NCBI GenBank assembly: GCA_963692945.1
Contig: OY843585.1
Coordinates: forward strand, 90,001-122,000
Reading direction: 5' to 3'
Length of the DNA stretch: 32,000 nucleotides
From: Bdellovibrionales bacterium
Lineage (GTDB): Bacteria > Bdellovibrionota > Bdellovibrionia > Bdellovibrionales > UBA1609
Shown: positions 8,193 to 15,991 of the stretch, piece after piece
How positions within the stretch are numbered: the first letter of the stretch is position 1
Layout of the letters: each line of letters begins with the position of its first letter
Notes under the pieces: model-generated
The model's database searches: none
The model's input: only the letters and a program-made list of their open reading frames with translations
What the model was told of the DNA's origin: nothing
Program-made: the position numbers and the translations under genes

Positions 8193-9323
8193 ATGAGCCT
8201 AAATGTTGCCCTAATTGATAACAGCGAAATCATTAAAAAAATGTTGTCTCACTGCCTTTATCATTACGCTGCTGAAGTTCATCGTTTTGAAACTTTAGAA
8301 GATTTAAAATCTCAATCCAAACATCTTAAACCTGACATCATTTTTATAGATTGGGATTTAAAAAAAGGAGATGAACCCATAGCCATTTCGGCCAAAAAAG
8401 AAATCACAGACACACCTTTAGTCGTCATCTATAGAAATGGAAGTGATGAAAAGATAAACTCAATTGTAAATAGAATTAAAAAACCTCTAGATGCCAATTT
8501 GTTAAGAAAAATGGTTGTAGATCTTATACCTAAAATTGGTCGGTCAAGTATTCATAATTTTTTAAAATTTCCAAATCAACAAACATTAGAATCCACTTCA
8601 ACACAAGGAACGTATGAATCCAATAAAAAATCTTCCGAGAAAACTATAACCCATTTTGATGAAGTCCCTAACGAAAAAGACACTCCAATGGACCTCTCTT
8701 CAAAAATGAGCTTTGATTTACCAGAACAAGTGGATGAAGACCTAATTGTAAAAGGCGGTGAAGATCAAACGACTTTCAAACCTACAAAACCAAACTCTTT
8801 AGAAAAGACCCATAAAAAAGAAGATTCCCAAACAAAAAATAAATCTTCTTTTAATAAAGATAATTTTAAACTTGATGAAAACACTCTCAATGACTTTGCT
8901 CCTATGGCTGTAAAATCCTCTGTTGAAGAACAAACAAGGCCAAATTACAAATCTACGAGAAATAAAGAAGACTTTGAGGTAAAAGATGAAATGATTTTAA
9001 AAACCCTTGAAGAATATAAAAATACATTAGGATTTGAAAAATTAATGGAAAAATCTTTAAAAGATTATGCCAAAAATGCATCTCAAAAAATCCTAGCAAA
9101 AGATCAAGGAGAAATTTTAAAAAAATCTCTGTCCGAGTTTAAAAAAGAAGATGATTTTAAACAACTCATTCTACAAACTCTTTCTGAATATATAAAAGAC
9201 AATTCCGAATTTCGCTCCATATTTGAAAAAGAATTACAACAATTTATAATAAAAGAATTACCACGTCTTTCTAAAGAAATTATAGAAAAAGAAATCAAAA
9301 AAATACTTGAGGAAAAAAGTTGA
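8193..9323 (+). CDS. Receiver-domain protein with disordered linker and Lys/Glu-rich helical C-terminal region (no recognisable output domain)
   Basis: An AAGGAG Shine-Dalgarno sequence lies 9 nt upstream of the ATG. The N-terminal ~115 aa have a CheY-like layout (LIDNS, IIFIDWDL, IKKPLD). The next ~150 aa are S/T/K/D/E-rich low complexity. The C-terminal ~110 aa are K/E-rich and predicted helical. Confidence 0.6.
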   Translation: MSLNVALIDNSEIIKKMLSHCLYHYAAEVHRFETLEDLKSQSKHLKPDIIFIDWDLKKGDEPIAISAKKEITDTPLVVIYRNGSDEKINSIVNRIKKPLDANLLRKMVVDLIPKIGRSSIHNFLKFPNQQTLESTSTQGTYESNKKSSEKTITHFDEVPNEKDTPMDLSSKMSFDLPEQVDEDLIVKGGEDQTTFKPTKPNSLEKTHKKEDSQTKNKSSFNKDNFKLDENTLNDFAPMAVKSSVEEQTRPNYKSTRNKEDFEVKDEMILKTLEEYKNTLGFEKLMEKSLKDYAKNASQKILAKDQGEILKKSLSEFKKEDDFKQLILQTLSEYIKDNSEFRSIFEKELQQFIIKELPRLSKEIIEKEIKKILEEKS

Positions 9324-9973
9324 TAACAAACCCTACTCCATCTTCATCCCCTTACATTTCTAAAAAAAGCCCTTTCTACCAAATTGCATTTGAACAAGAC
9401 GCTATCTTCTCTGGCTGTGAATATTTCAATTCCTTAGAAACTTCTTTAGAAATATCAAAAGATATAACTTGGCATATCAAAGATGGAGAATGCATTTTAA
9501 AAGGTCAAGTCTGTATGGAAATCTTTCAAGAAATAGAAAATCTCAATGAGATTTTGAAAGTGATCTCTTATCTTTCAGGAATTAGCACTTTGGCTCGTTG
9601 CTATACAGAATCTTCTCACCACACTTCTATTATTGGAACTCCTTTGAAAAACTCTCCCTGGTTGAAATGGGAAACAAAGTCTCTTTCTTACGGAGGTGTA
9701 GATACAAAACCCTGTTTACCAGAAAAAATTTGCTATTCTGAAAAAGATCTAAACTTACAAGATCAAATCATTGCCCTCAGTTCTAAAATGCCAAGAGATG
9801 AACTTGTAAAGTGTTTGAAAAAACTACCAGACCATAAAATAAAAGGTCTTTATGGATTCATTTTACCTCAAGACTTAGAAAAATTGAGTGACCTCCCAAT
9901 CAATGTCATTTGGCCTGATCTTCTTCAAGGCTCTTTTCCTTGTGTAAAAATAAAAATTCATGGAAATAAATAA
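9320..9973 (+). CDS. NadC (quinolinate phosphoribosyltransferase)-like protein, shortened and lacking the catalytic residues
   Basis: The TTG start overlaps the TGA stop of the upstream gene. ILKVISYLSGISTLARCY parallels NadC (ER)TALNFLQxLSGIAT. IIGTPLKNSPWLKWETKSLSYGGVDTKP parallels LLDTRKTxPGLRxLEKYAVxxGGGxNHR. Confidence 0.5.
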   Translation: MITNPTPSSSPYISKKSPFYQIAFEQDAIFSGCEYFNSLETSLEISKDITWHIKDGECILKGQVCMEIFQEIENLNEILKVISYLSGISTLARCYTESSHHTSIIGTPLKNSPWLKWETKSLSYGGVDTKPCLPEKICYSEKDLNLQDQIIALSSKMPRDELVKCLKKLPDHKIKGLYGFILPQDLEKLSDLPINVIWPDLLQGSFPCVKIKIHGNK

Positions 9974-10574
9974 AACAACCCTATGGACAAAAGATTGGCT
10001 AGAAAAAAGAAATCTTCCTCATTCTTATTTTAAAATCTTAAACAGCACTAACAAACTAGCAAAACAAAAAGCCTTTCAAGATCATTTTAAAAATCATATT
10101 TTTCTTACCAACAAACAAACTCAAGGAAAAGGACAAGGTCTCAATACATGGAAAAATAGTGATTTGATGATAACTTGGCTATGGGACGATATTGTTACAT
10201 CTATACACTCAAAATCATCTGAGGAATTTGCTTTAGAACTTTTAAAATCTGTTCAAAAAATCTGGTCTCATCTTCCATGGAAATTAAAAAAACCAAATGA
10301 TTTGTATTTAGAAAATAAAAAAATAGCCGGATTACTATTAGAAATTTTAGATCAACCTCCAAAAAAAGCTTTTATCTTAGGTTTAGGTTTTAATGTGTTT
10401 TCCCACCCTAAGATTCTTCACTCAGGAACTTCTCAAACACAATCTACTCATTCACAATATCATTTCCAAGCTGGACATCTCCAAGAATACACAGATATTT
10501 CTAGACAACAGTGGGAATTTTTTTTGGATGAACTCCATAAACTCTGGACAAAAAAAGTTTTAAATTCTTCTTAA
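9960..10574 (+). CDS. birA: Biotin-protein ligase (BirA catalytic-domain) homologue, short form
   Basis: The protein has STNKLAK, then QGKGQGLNTWKNS at the position of the GRGRxGRxW loop. It also has LKKPNDLYLENKKIAGLLLE (the KWPNDL motif with the catalytic Lys) and LGLGFNV. At 204 aa it has no N-terminal HTH and no clear C-terminal SH3-like domain. Confidence 0.6.
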   Translation: MEINKTTLWTKDWLEKRNLPHSYFKILNSTNKLAKQKAFQDHFKNHIFLTNKQTQGKGQGLNTWKNSDLMITWLWDDIVTSIHSKSSEEFALELLKSVQKIWSHLPWKLKKPNDLYLENKKIAGLLLEILDQPPKKAFILGLGFNVFSHPKILHSGTSQTQSTHSQYHFQAGHLQEYTDISRQQWEFFLDELHKLWTKKVLNSS

Positions 10575-11188
10575 AATTCTCTCATTTTCCAAAGTTTTTG
10601 CAATTCTTTTTCTGGTAAAGAACGTACCTCCCCGATACTCTCTGCCTTTAAAATTATTTTACAAGAATGTTCAAGCCATTCCATCCTCATATAAGCTTCT
10701 TCTAAATTTTCTCCCCAAGTCACAGCCCCGTGATGAGATAAAATAAAAGCTGAACTCTCTTTAAGATAAGGTATCAAGCATTCTCCCATTTCTTTCGTCC
10801 CCGGTTGCACATACTCCACAAAAGGCACTCTACCTAAAGCAATAACTATTTCAGGAAGAGCTAAAGGCAATTCTTTCCATGTTGGCCTTGCTAAACTTAA
10901 AGATACACTGCAAGGAGGATGAGCATGAACAATAGCTTGAGCTTTGATTTGCTGCTGATAAATTGTCAAGTGCATTGATTTTTCACTGGAAGCTTTTCCT
11001 TTTAAAGGATGTCCTTTTTTATCTATAGAACATATCTGTTCCTCTTTAAGTGAGTATTTAGGAACTCCTGAAGGAGTGATCTTTATCAGATTCTCATTTT
11101 CTTTAACACTGATATTCCCATCACAGGCAACTAAAAAATTGTTCTTATAAAGTTTTTTACAAACCTCTATAATTTGTTTTTCTATCAT
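10571..11188 (-). CDS. Class II aldolase/adducin-family protein (fuculose-phosphate aldolase / MtnB-like)
   Basis: DGNISVK, ITPSGVPK, SEKSMHLTIY, AIVHAHPP and ILSHHGAVTWG together form the class II aldolase pattern. Confidence 0.8.
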   Translation of the reverse strand: MIEKQIIEVCKKLYKNNFLVACDGNISVKENENLIKITPSGVPKYSLKEEQICSIDKKGHPLKGKASSEKSMHLTIYQQQIKAQAIVHAHPPCSVSLSLARPTWKELPLALPEIVIALGRVPFVEYVQPGTKEMGECLIPYLKESSAFILSHHGAVTWGENLEEAYMRMEWLEHSCKIILKAESIGEVRSLPEKELQKLWKMREF

Positions 11189-11202
11189 CTTCTCTTTTAC
11201 CT

Positions 11203-12207
11203 TTAATCATTGATGCCTATCCATTTTTTAATTTCCTTTAAAAACGGAATAGCAACATCTCTTGCTTTTTCTTTTCCTTCTTGTAAAATTTTATCCACTT
11301 CTGAAAAGTTATTTCTATAATGCTCATAAATGTTTTTTTTATCTTTAAAAAATCTTTCTAATTTTTCAAAAAGCCTCTCCTTAGCTTCTCCCCAACTTAT
11401 ACCTTTTTGATATTCTTTCTCTAATTCACTAACTTCTTGGTTATTTGCAAAATGCTTGTAAATTCCAAACACTAAACAGTCTTTTACAGATTTAGGTTCT
11501 CCTGGTGGAGAGGAATCTGTTTTAATTTTCATAACCAATTTACGAAGTCTTTTATTATCACAGAATAAAGGGATATAATTTTGATAACTCTTACTCATTT
11601 TTCTTCCATCTAATCCTAAAACAATTTTTTCTTTTTGAAATAAAGCCTTTGGAATAGTTAATAAATCTTTTTTATAAATACGATTAAATTTTTGAGCTAT
11701 ATCCCTTGTCATTTCAAGATGTTGTGTCTGATCTTCTCCAACAGGAACTTGATTGGCTGAAAAAAGTAAAATATCGGCTGCCATCAGTACAGGGTAACTG
11801 TAAAGCCCTACATTCACTCCATCATCCATATCCTTTCGACCCATCTCTTTATTTTGATCCAACTTGGCCTTATAAGAATGAGCTCTATTCATTAAACCCT
11901 TTGGGGTTATACAAGATAAAATCCAATTGAGTTCAAATAGCTCTGGCACATCAGATTGGCAATAAAAAACAGTTTTTTTAGGGTTTAAACCACAAGCTAA
12001 CCAAGTTGCAGCAACACAGCGTATAGATTCTTGAATCTCTTTAGAATCAGAAAGAGAAGTCAAAGAGTGATAATCAGCAACAAATAGATAACTCAAAAAA
12101 TTTGATTTTTGTGCTATTTCCAAAGAAGGCCTAATAGCTCCTATGTAATTTCCTAAATGAGGTTCTCCTGTAGGTTTGATACCTGTAAGTAGGATTTCCT
12201 TTTTCAT
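11203..12207 (-). CDS. trpS: Tryptophan-tRNA ligase
   Basis: The protein has TGIKPTGEPHLGNYIGA (a HIGH-type motif), VPVGEDQTQHLEMTRDIA and KMSKS. The length of 334 aa is typical. Confidence 0.95.
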   Translation of the reverse strand: MKKEILLTGIKPTGEPHLGNYIGAIRPSLEIAQKSNFLSYLFVADYHSLTSLSDSKEIQESIRCVAATWLACGLNPKKTVFYCQSDVPELFELNWILSCITPKGLMNRAHSYKAKLDQNKEMGRKDMDDGVNVGLYSYPVLMAADILLFSANQVPVGEDQTQHLEMTRDIAQKFNRIYKKDLLTIPKALFQKEKIVLGLDGRKMSKSYQNYIPLFCDNKRLRKLVMKIKTDSSPPGEPKSVKDCLVFGIYKHFANNQEVSELEKEYQKGISWGEAKERLFEKLERFFKDKKNIYEHYRNNFSEVDKILQEGKEKARDVAIPFLKEIKKWIGIND

Positions 12208-12375
12208 TCTTTCAATCTATAAAGAAATAATAGAAATGTAAATAAAGAGTTAACCAATATCAAAAAAAGAAAGAGATGATATCAAACAACAAGAAGAGAT
12301 TTTTAGATTGCATAAAAAACTAACGAATGAGCAATAAAGAAAACTTAGTAGCTCACTCCTTATTCAAATAAGTTT

Positions 12376-13467
12376 TTATAAAATATTAGTAGAATGAAGA
12401 TTTGTTTTGATCTCTGTAGCTAATTGTTCTCCTAAATTAGGAGAGCAAATATCTAAAGATTGAACATCAAAACTTTTAGCCATTTTTTGCAAATAAACGG
12501 CTGGTGTAGGTTCTTTTACACCCATTTCTTGAAATTTGACTTTACAAAAAACACTTTCTGGCTGAAGAGTAACTGGAATAAGTTGAAATCTATTTTGTCC
12601 TTTCAAAGAATGTTCTAGAGCCTTTTTAAACTCCTCCTTTTTAATATCTACCTTCCCATCTTCTGGCGTTACAACAATATAAACCACTCTGGAATCTTTT
12701 CTAAAAAATTTATTTGAACTTTGTTCATTTATTTTTTTTGAGAAAGAAAATAAAATGGACAGAAAAGGATTGGAAGTTTCTCCTTGAATGACAGGTGCCT
12801 CATAACCTCTTCTATAGTTTCGTTTTTTATTATAAAACATTGTATCATTAAAAATACTATTATAGTTTTCCACCTCTTTAGTAAGGTAATTTCCATTCAA
12901 TTGTATCTGTTTCCGTTTATGTTCAAATTTTAAAAAATCACCATTAGCTTGTAAAAAATTAGATTTTTTTTGTTTTCTTTTATGACGAACATTAGACACA
13001 CATTGTGTAAAAGAGTTCAAACCTGTAAATAAAAAATGAGGAGATTCTAAAAGAGCACCAGCTACACTTGAAAGAAGCCCTTTAGATAATAGCTTTTTAC
13101 AACCTGATGATTTTTTTGATTCCTTTTGATCTTTATCATTTAAGATTAAATCACTACTTATACCTGTATTTGTATAAGCAACTCTCCAATCAAAATCTTT
13201 GAATTGATCTAAAAAATCTGATCCAAAAATATTTTGATTGTAAAATTTTTCCATTCCTTTTTGAACATCTAAAACTATAACTAAATCTAATTTGTCACTA
13301 GATAAATTGTCTGTAAAATATTGAACCCCTTCTCTAAAAACATCCCTAACTTCTGTGGGTGCATTAGTGGATGCATTAGTGATTTCATCAGAAAGAGAAA
13401 CGTATCTTATAGGCTCACAACCCATCAGACAAAAAAAACCTAAAAAATATATTATAAAAATTTTCAT
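12376..13467 (-). CDS. Lipoprotein, paralogue of the 4265-5557 VWA lipoprotein with degenerate MIDAS
   Basis: The track ORF begins with a GTG at 13476. The ATG at 13465-13467 gives MKIFIIYFLGFFCLMGC (a lipobox). LDLVIVLDVQKGMEKF aligns with IDILFVVDNSSSMHEE. Further colinear blocks are listed in the findings. Confidence 0.5.
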   Translation of the reverse strand: MKIFIIYFLGFFCLMGCEPIRYVSLSDEITNASTNAPTEVRDVFREGVQYFTDNLSSDKLDLVIVLDVQKGMEKFYNQNIFGSDFLDQFKDFDWRVAYTNTGISSDLILNDKDQKESKKSSGCKKLLSKGLLSSVAGALLESPHFLFTGLNSFTQCVSNVRHKRKQKKSNFLQANGDFLKFEHKRKQIQLNGNYLTKEVENYNSIFNDTMFYNKKRNYRRGYEAPVIQGETSNPFLSILFSFSKKINEQSSNKFFRKDSRVVYIVVTPEDGKVDIKKEEFKKALEHSLKGQNRFQLIPVTLQPESVFCKVKFQEMGVKEPTPAVYLQKMAKSFDVQSLDICSPNLGEQLATEIKTNLHSTNIL

Positions 13468-13562
13468 AATAGCCACAATACTAAAGTCTTAATCGGATAG
13501 TCCTGCTTATTAATTGATAAAAAAAAGACTAAAGTAAGGGGAATCTCAAAATGAGACACTTT

Positions 13563-14573
13563 TTAAGGTTCTAAGGATATCTTTATAGGAATTTGTTCTT
13601 TTTGAATATTTATCCAGTTATTAAATAACCGATTTGATTTTTCATAATCCAGAAAAGAAGAAAACATAGCATTTTTCTTGTTCTGGTTTAAGGGTGTTTC
13701 CTTAAAGGAAAGAACTTGTACTATATAAGCTTTATTTTCTTTTATTGTTAATCTTGGTATCAAACCTCTCTTAGGTAGATAATCTATAAAGCTTTCCATA
13801 AAATCTTGATCCTTTAAAACAGGAAGAGCAAAAGAATCAATGGGAGATATCTCTTTACTTGTTTTCCAAGTGATTTTATTTTGCCTTAAAAACTTATTCA
13901 CTTGCTGCAAGTTTTTCTTAAAAACCAACGGTTCTAATTCTTCTATTTCTATTTTAGAAATAGGTATTTCTACAAACCGAAGTTTTACTTTGTATAAATC
14001 TCTCTCATTGCTTTTACTTTCCTCCAAAGCATTGGAAGATATAGATTTTAAAAATATGTTGCTCCAATTTTCAGATGTCTTAACCCGACGAATATGACTC
14101 TCAAACCGGACAGGACTTAGCCTTTCACTTTTTAAATAAGAAAGATACTTAGAATATACAAATCGTCCTTTTCTTTGAAAACTAGGGTAAGATTTAATTT
14201 CATCTTGCAATTCTTCATCACTGATTAGAAATCCTGATTGCTCTGCAGCTTGAGAAATAAGATATACACTTGTTAATTGTTGAAGAGCACTTTGGCGAAT
14301 TTGTTTTTCCAGTTTTTGATATTCACCAGAATCGGTTTTATTGAACTGTTTTTGATACTGAAACCTTAAATATCTTTGAACCATTCTAAATTCTCTAGAA
14401 CGAATGGGTTCAGAACCAACATAAGCAACAACCCCTTCTCCAAAAAATTGACTGCTCATAGGTGATAAAAAAACAAAAACTAAGCAAATCAAACCAAAAA
14501 CAATATAAGAAATGATGGTTTTAAACCGCCCTTTTCTATTTGTCTTATTAGGTCTTCGTAACTTCTCAAACAT
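13563..14573 (-). CDS. Membrane-anchored periplasmic chaperone of the PpiD / SurA-N-terminal-domain type
   Basis: The protein has a basic N-terminus followed by one TM helix (TIISYIVFGLICLVFVF). GVVAYVGSEPIRSREF resembles the start of the SurA_N/PpiD domain. I recognise no parvulin signature. Confidence 0.45.
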   Translation of the reverse strand: MFEKLRRPNKTNRKGRFKTIISYIVFGLICLVFVFLSPMSSQFFGEGVVAYVGSEPIRSREFRMVQRYLRFQYQKQFNKTDSGEYQKLEKQIRQSALQQLTSVYLISQAAEQSGFLISDEELQDEIKSYPSFQRKGRFVYSKYLSYLKSERLSPVRFESHIRRVKTSENWSNIFLKSISSNALEESKSNERDLYKVKLRFVEIPISKIEIEELEPLVFKKNLQQVNKFLRQNKITWKTSKEISPIDSFALPVLKDQDFMESFIDYLPKRGLIPRLTIKENKAYIVQVLSFKETPLNQNKKNAMFSSFLDYEKSNRLFNNWINIQKEQIPIKISLEP

Positions 14574-14604
14574 TTACTTTCCTCATCAATTCCTACTTCA
14601 TTTG

Positions 14605-14633
14605 TTGGAATATACACAAATTTTTGATAAATT
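14605..14633 (+). promoter_or_regulatory. Candidate sigma70-type promoter of the mreC operon
   Basis: TTGGAA (14605-14610) is followed by a 17-nt spacer ending in TGa, then TAAATT (14628-14633). A GAGGAAAA Shine-Dalgarno sequence and the ATG at 14650 follow. Confidence 0.4.
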
Positions 14634-14649
14634 TACAGAGGAAAATCCT

Positions 14650-15486
14650 ATGGGCTTATTTAACCTCAAAAAAAAATACATATTTTTACTAATTTTTCTC
14701 ATACTATGTCTTATTTACTTTCAAATTTTACATAGGCAAAAAAAAGAAAGTTTTATCCTAAAAAGCAGCTATTTTATGCTGGGAGAGATTCAGACAGCTA
14801 GTGTCATTTTTCGGTCAGAAATAACTTCTTTGGTTAAAAAGTATTTTTTTCTTACCAACTTAAGAGAGGAAAATCTCATGCTTAAAACAAAAATCTCCCA
14901 ACTCCTCAGCCAGCAAAATCTCCTTAAAGAAACCAAACAAGAAAACAAGAGATTAAAAAAAGCTCTTATGTTCTATCAAAACAATCCATTCTCCCTTTTA
15001 CCAGCTCAAGTGATTGCTAAAGATTTTCTCCATCACAATGATCTTATAGTTATTAACAAAGGATCTCTTCACGGAGTTAAAAAATATATGGGAGTTATAC
15101 ATCCTAAAGGAGTTGTTGGTTATGTCTTCCGAACAACTCCTCATTCGGCTCAAGTCATTACATTGCTCAGTAAATTCTCTTCTCTTCCTGCTTTGAGTCA
15201 AAAGTTTCGAATCAACGGTTTAATAGAATCTTATAAAAATGAAAAACTACAATTTAAATATTTTAATTTAACAGAAACCGTAAAAAAGTTTCAAAATAAT
15301 GACACCATTATAACATCTGCAACTGAACAATTTCCATCAGGACTCCCTATAGGATACATTCAAAAATTTCAAAATAACACACAAGACTTAACACCTACTA
15401 TAGTTGTAAAGCCTTACGTGACTTTTTCCTCTATAGAAGAAGTTTTTATCCTTTTAACCCCTCAAAAAAACTATTATGAAAAATAA
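14650..15486 (+). CDS. mreC: Rod shape-determining protein MreC
   Basis: The track ORF starts at 14512, but that part overlaps the divergent gene. The ATG at 14650 has a Shine-Dalgarno sequence. The protein has a TM helix, a coiled coil (LREENLMLKTKISQL) and GSLHGVKKYMGVIHPKGVVGYVF. It sits immediately upstream of mreD-mrdA-rodA. Confidence 0.8.
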   Translation: MGLFNLKKKYIFLLIFLILCLIYFQILHRQKKESFILKSSYFMLGEIQTASVIFRSEITSLVKKYFFLTNLREENLMLKTKISQLLSQQNLLKETKQENKRLKKALMFYQNNPFSLLPAQVIAKDFLHHNDLIVINKGSLHGVKKYMGVIHPKGVVGYVFRTTPHSAQVITLLSKFSSLPALSQKFRINGLIESYKNEKLQFKYFNLTETVKKFQNNDTIITSATEQFPSGLPIGYIQKFQNNTQDLTPTIVVKPYVTFSSIEEVFILLTPQKNYYEK

Positions 15487-15991
15487 TTGGAAAAATATTT
15501 TTTTATTCTGGATGATTTTGTTAATCACAATTTCTATTCTATTTATTATTCAAACTTCTTTTTGGCCTAACATTCTATCAAAATACAACCTTGTTCCACA
15601 ACTGACTTTGCCTGTTATTATTTATTTTTTTTCACAAAAAGATTTGTTCTCTTCCCTCTTATTTTCTCTGTTTGTTGGATGGATTTCTCATAGTTTTTCC
15701 GTAACACCCTTACCTCACTTATTAATAAATTATTTTATAATCTGCACAATCACTCATTTCAGTTATAAATTTTATTTTGGAAATAAAAAAAATCTATTTT
15801 TTATTCTTCTATTTGTTGGAAGTTTTATCTTCCCTATCCTTGCACAAAACCTGCTAAATCTAAACAGAACAAACTTTTATTTTTCAATAAATTTCACATC
15901 CACTTTCCTTAACTCATTGATAACACTTTTTTTCGGATTTTTATTTTATCCATTCTTACAAAAATACATAAAAGAAAGAACAAGGTTTTAG
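15476..15991 (+). CDS. mreD: Rod shape-determining protein MreD
   Basis: This 171-aa polytopic membrane protein lies between mreC and mrdA and overlaps the end of mreC by 11 nt. The call rests mainly on position and topology. Confidence 0.7.
   Translation: MKNNWKNIFLFWMILLITISILFIIQTSFWPNILSKYNLVPQLTLPVIIYFFSQKDLFSSLLFSLFVGWISHSFSVTPLPHLLINYFIICTITHFSYKFYFGNKKNLFFILLFVGSFIFPILAQNLLNLNRTNFYFSINFTSTFLNSLITLFFGFLFYPFLQKYIKERTRF

Noticed and set aside
12208-12375. Looked for a T-box, a Trp leader peptide or an attenuator upstream of trpS, and similarly upstream of ileS at 28521-28609.
   Set aside because: There is no specifier or T-box sequence and no Trp-rich leader ORF (the only small ORF, MQSKNLFLLFDIISFFF, has no Trp). 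I found only a weak 5-bp hairpin.
14512-14649. N-terminal extensions of track ORFs: mreC from 14512, the MazG-like gene to 1512, the small lipoprotein to 23444, the OMP to 27216, the VWA lipoprotein to 5581, and 24786-24809.
   Set aside because: The extensions overlap neighbouring genes or promoter regions. Internal ATGs give canonical signal peptides, lipoboxes or family N-termini, in several cases with a Shine-Dalgarno sequence, so I used the shorter starts.
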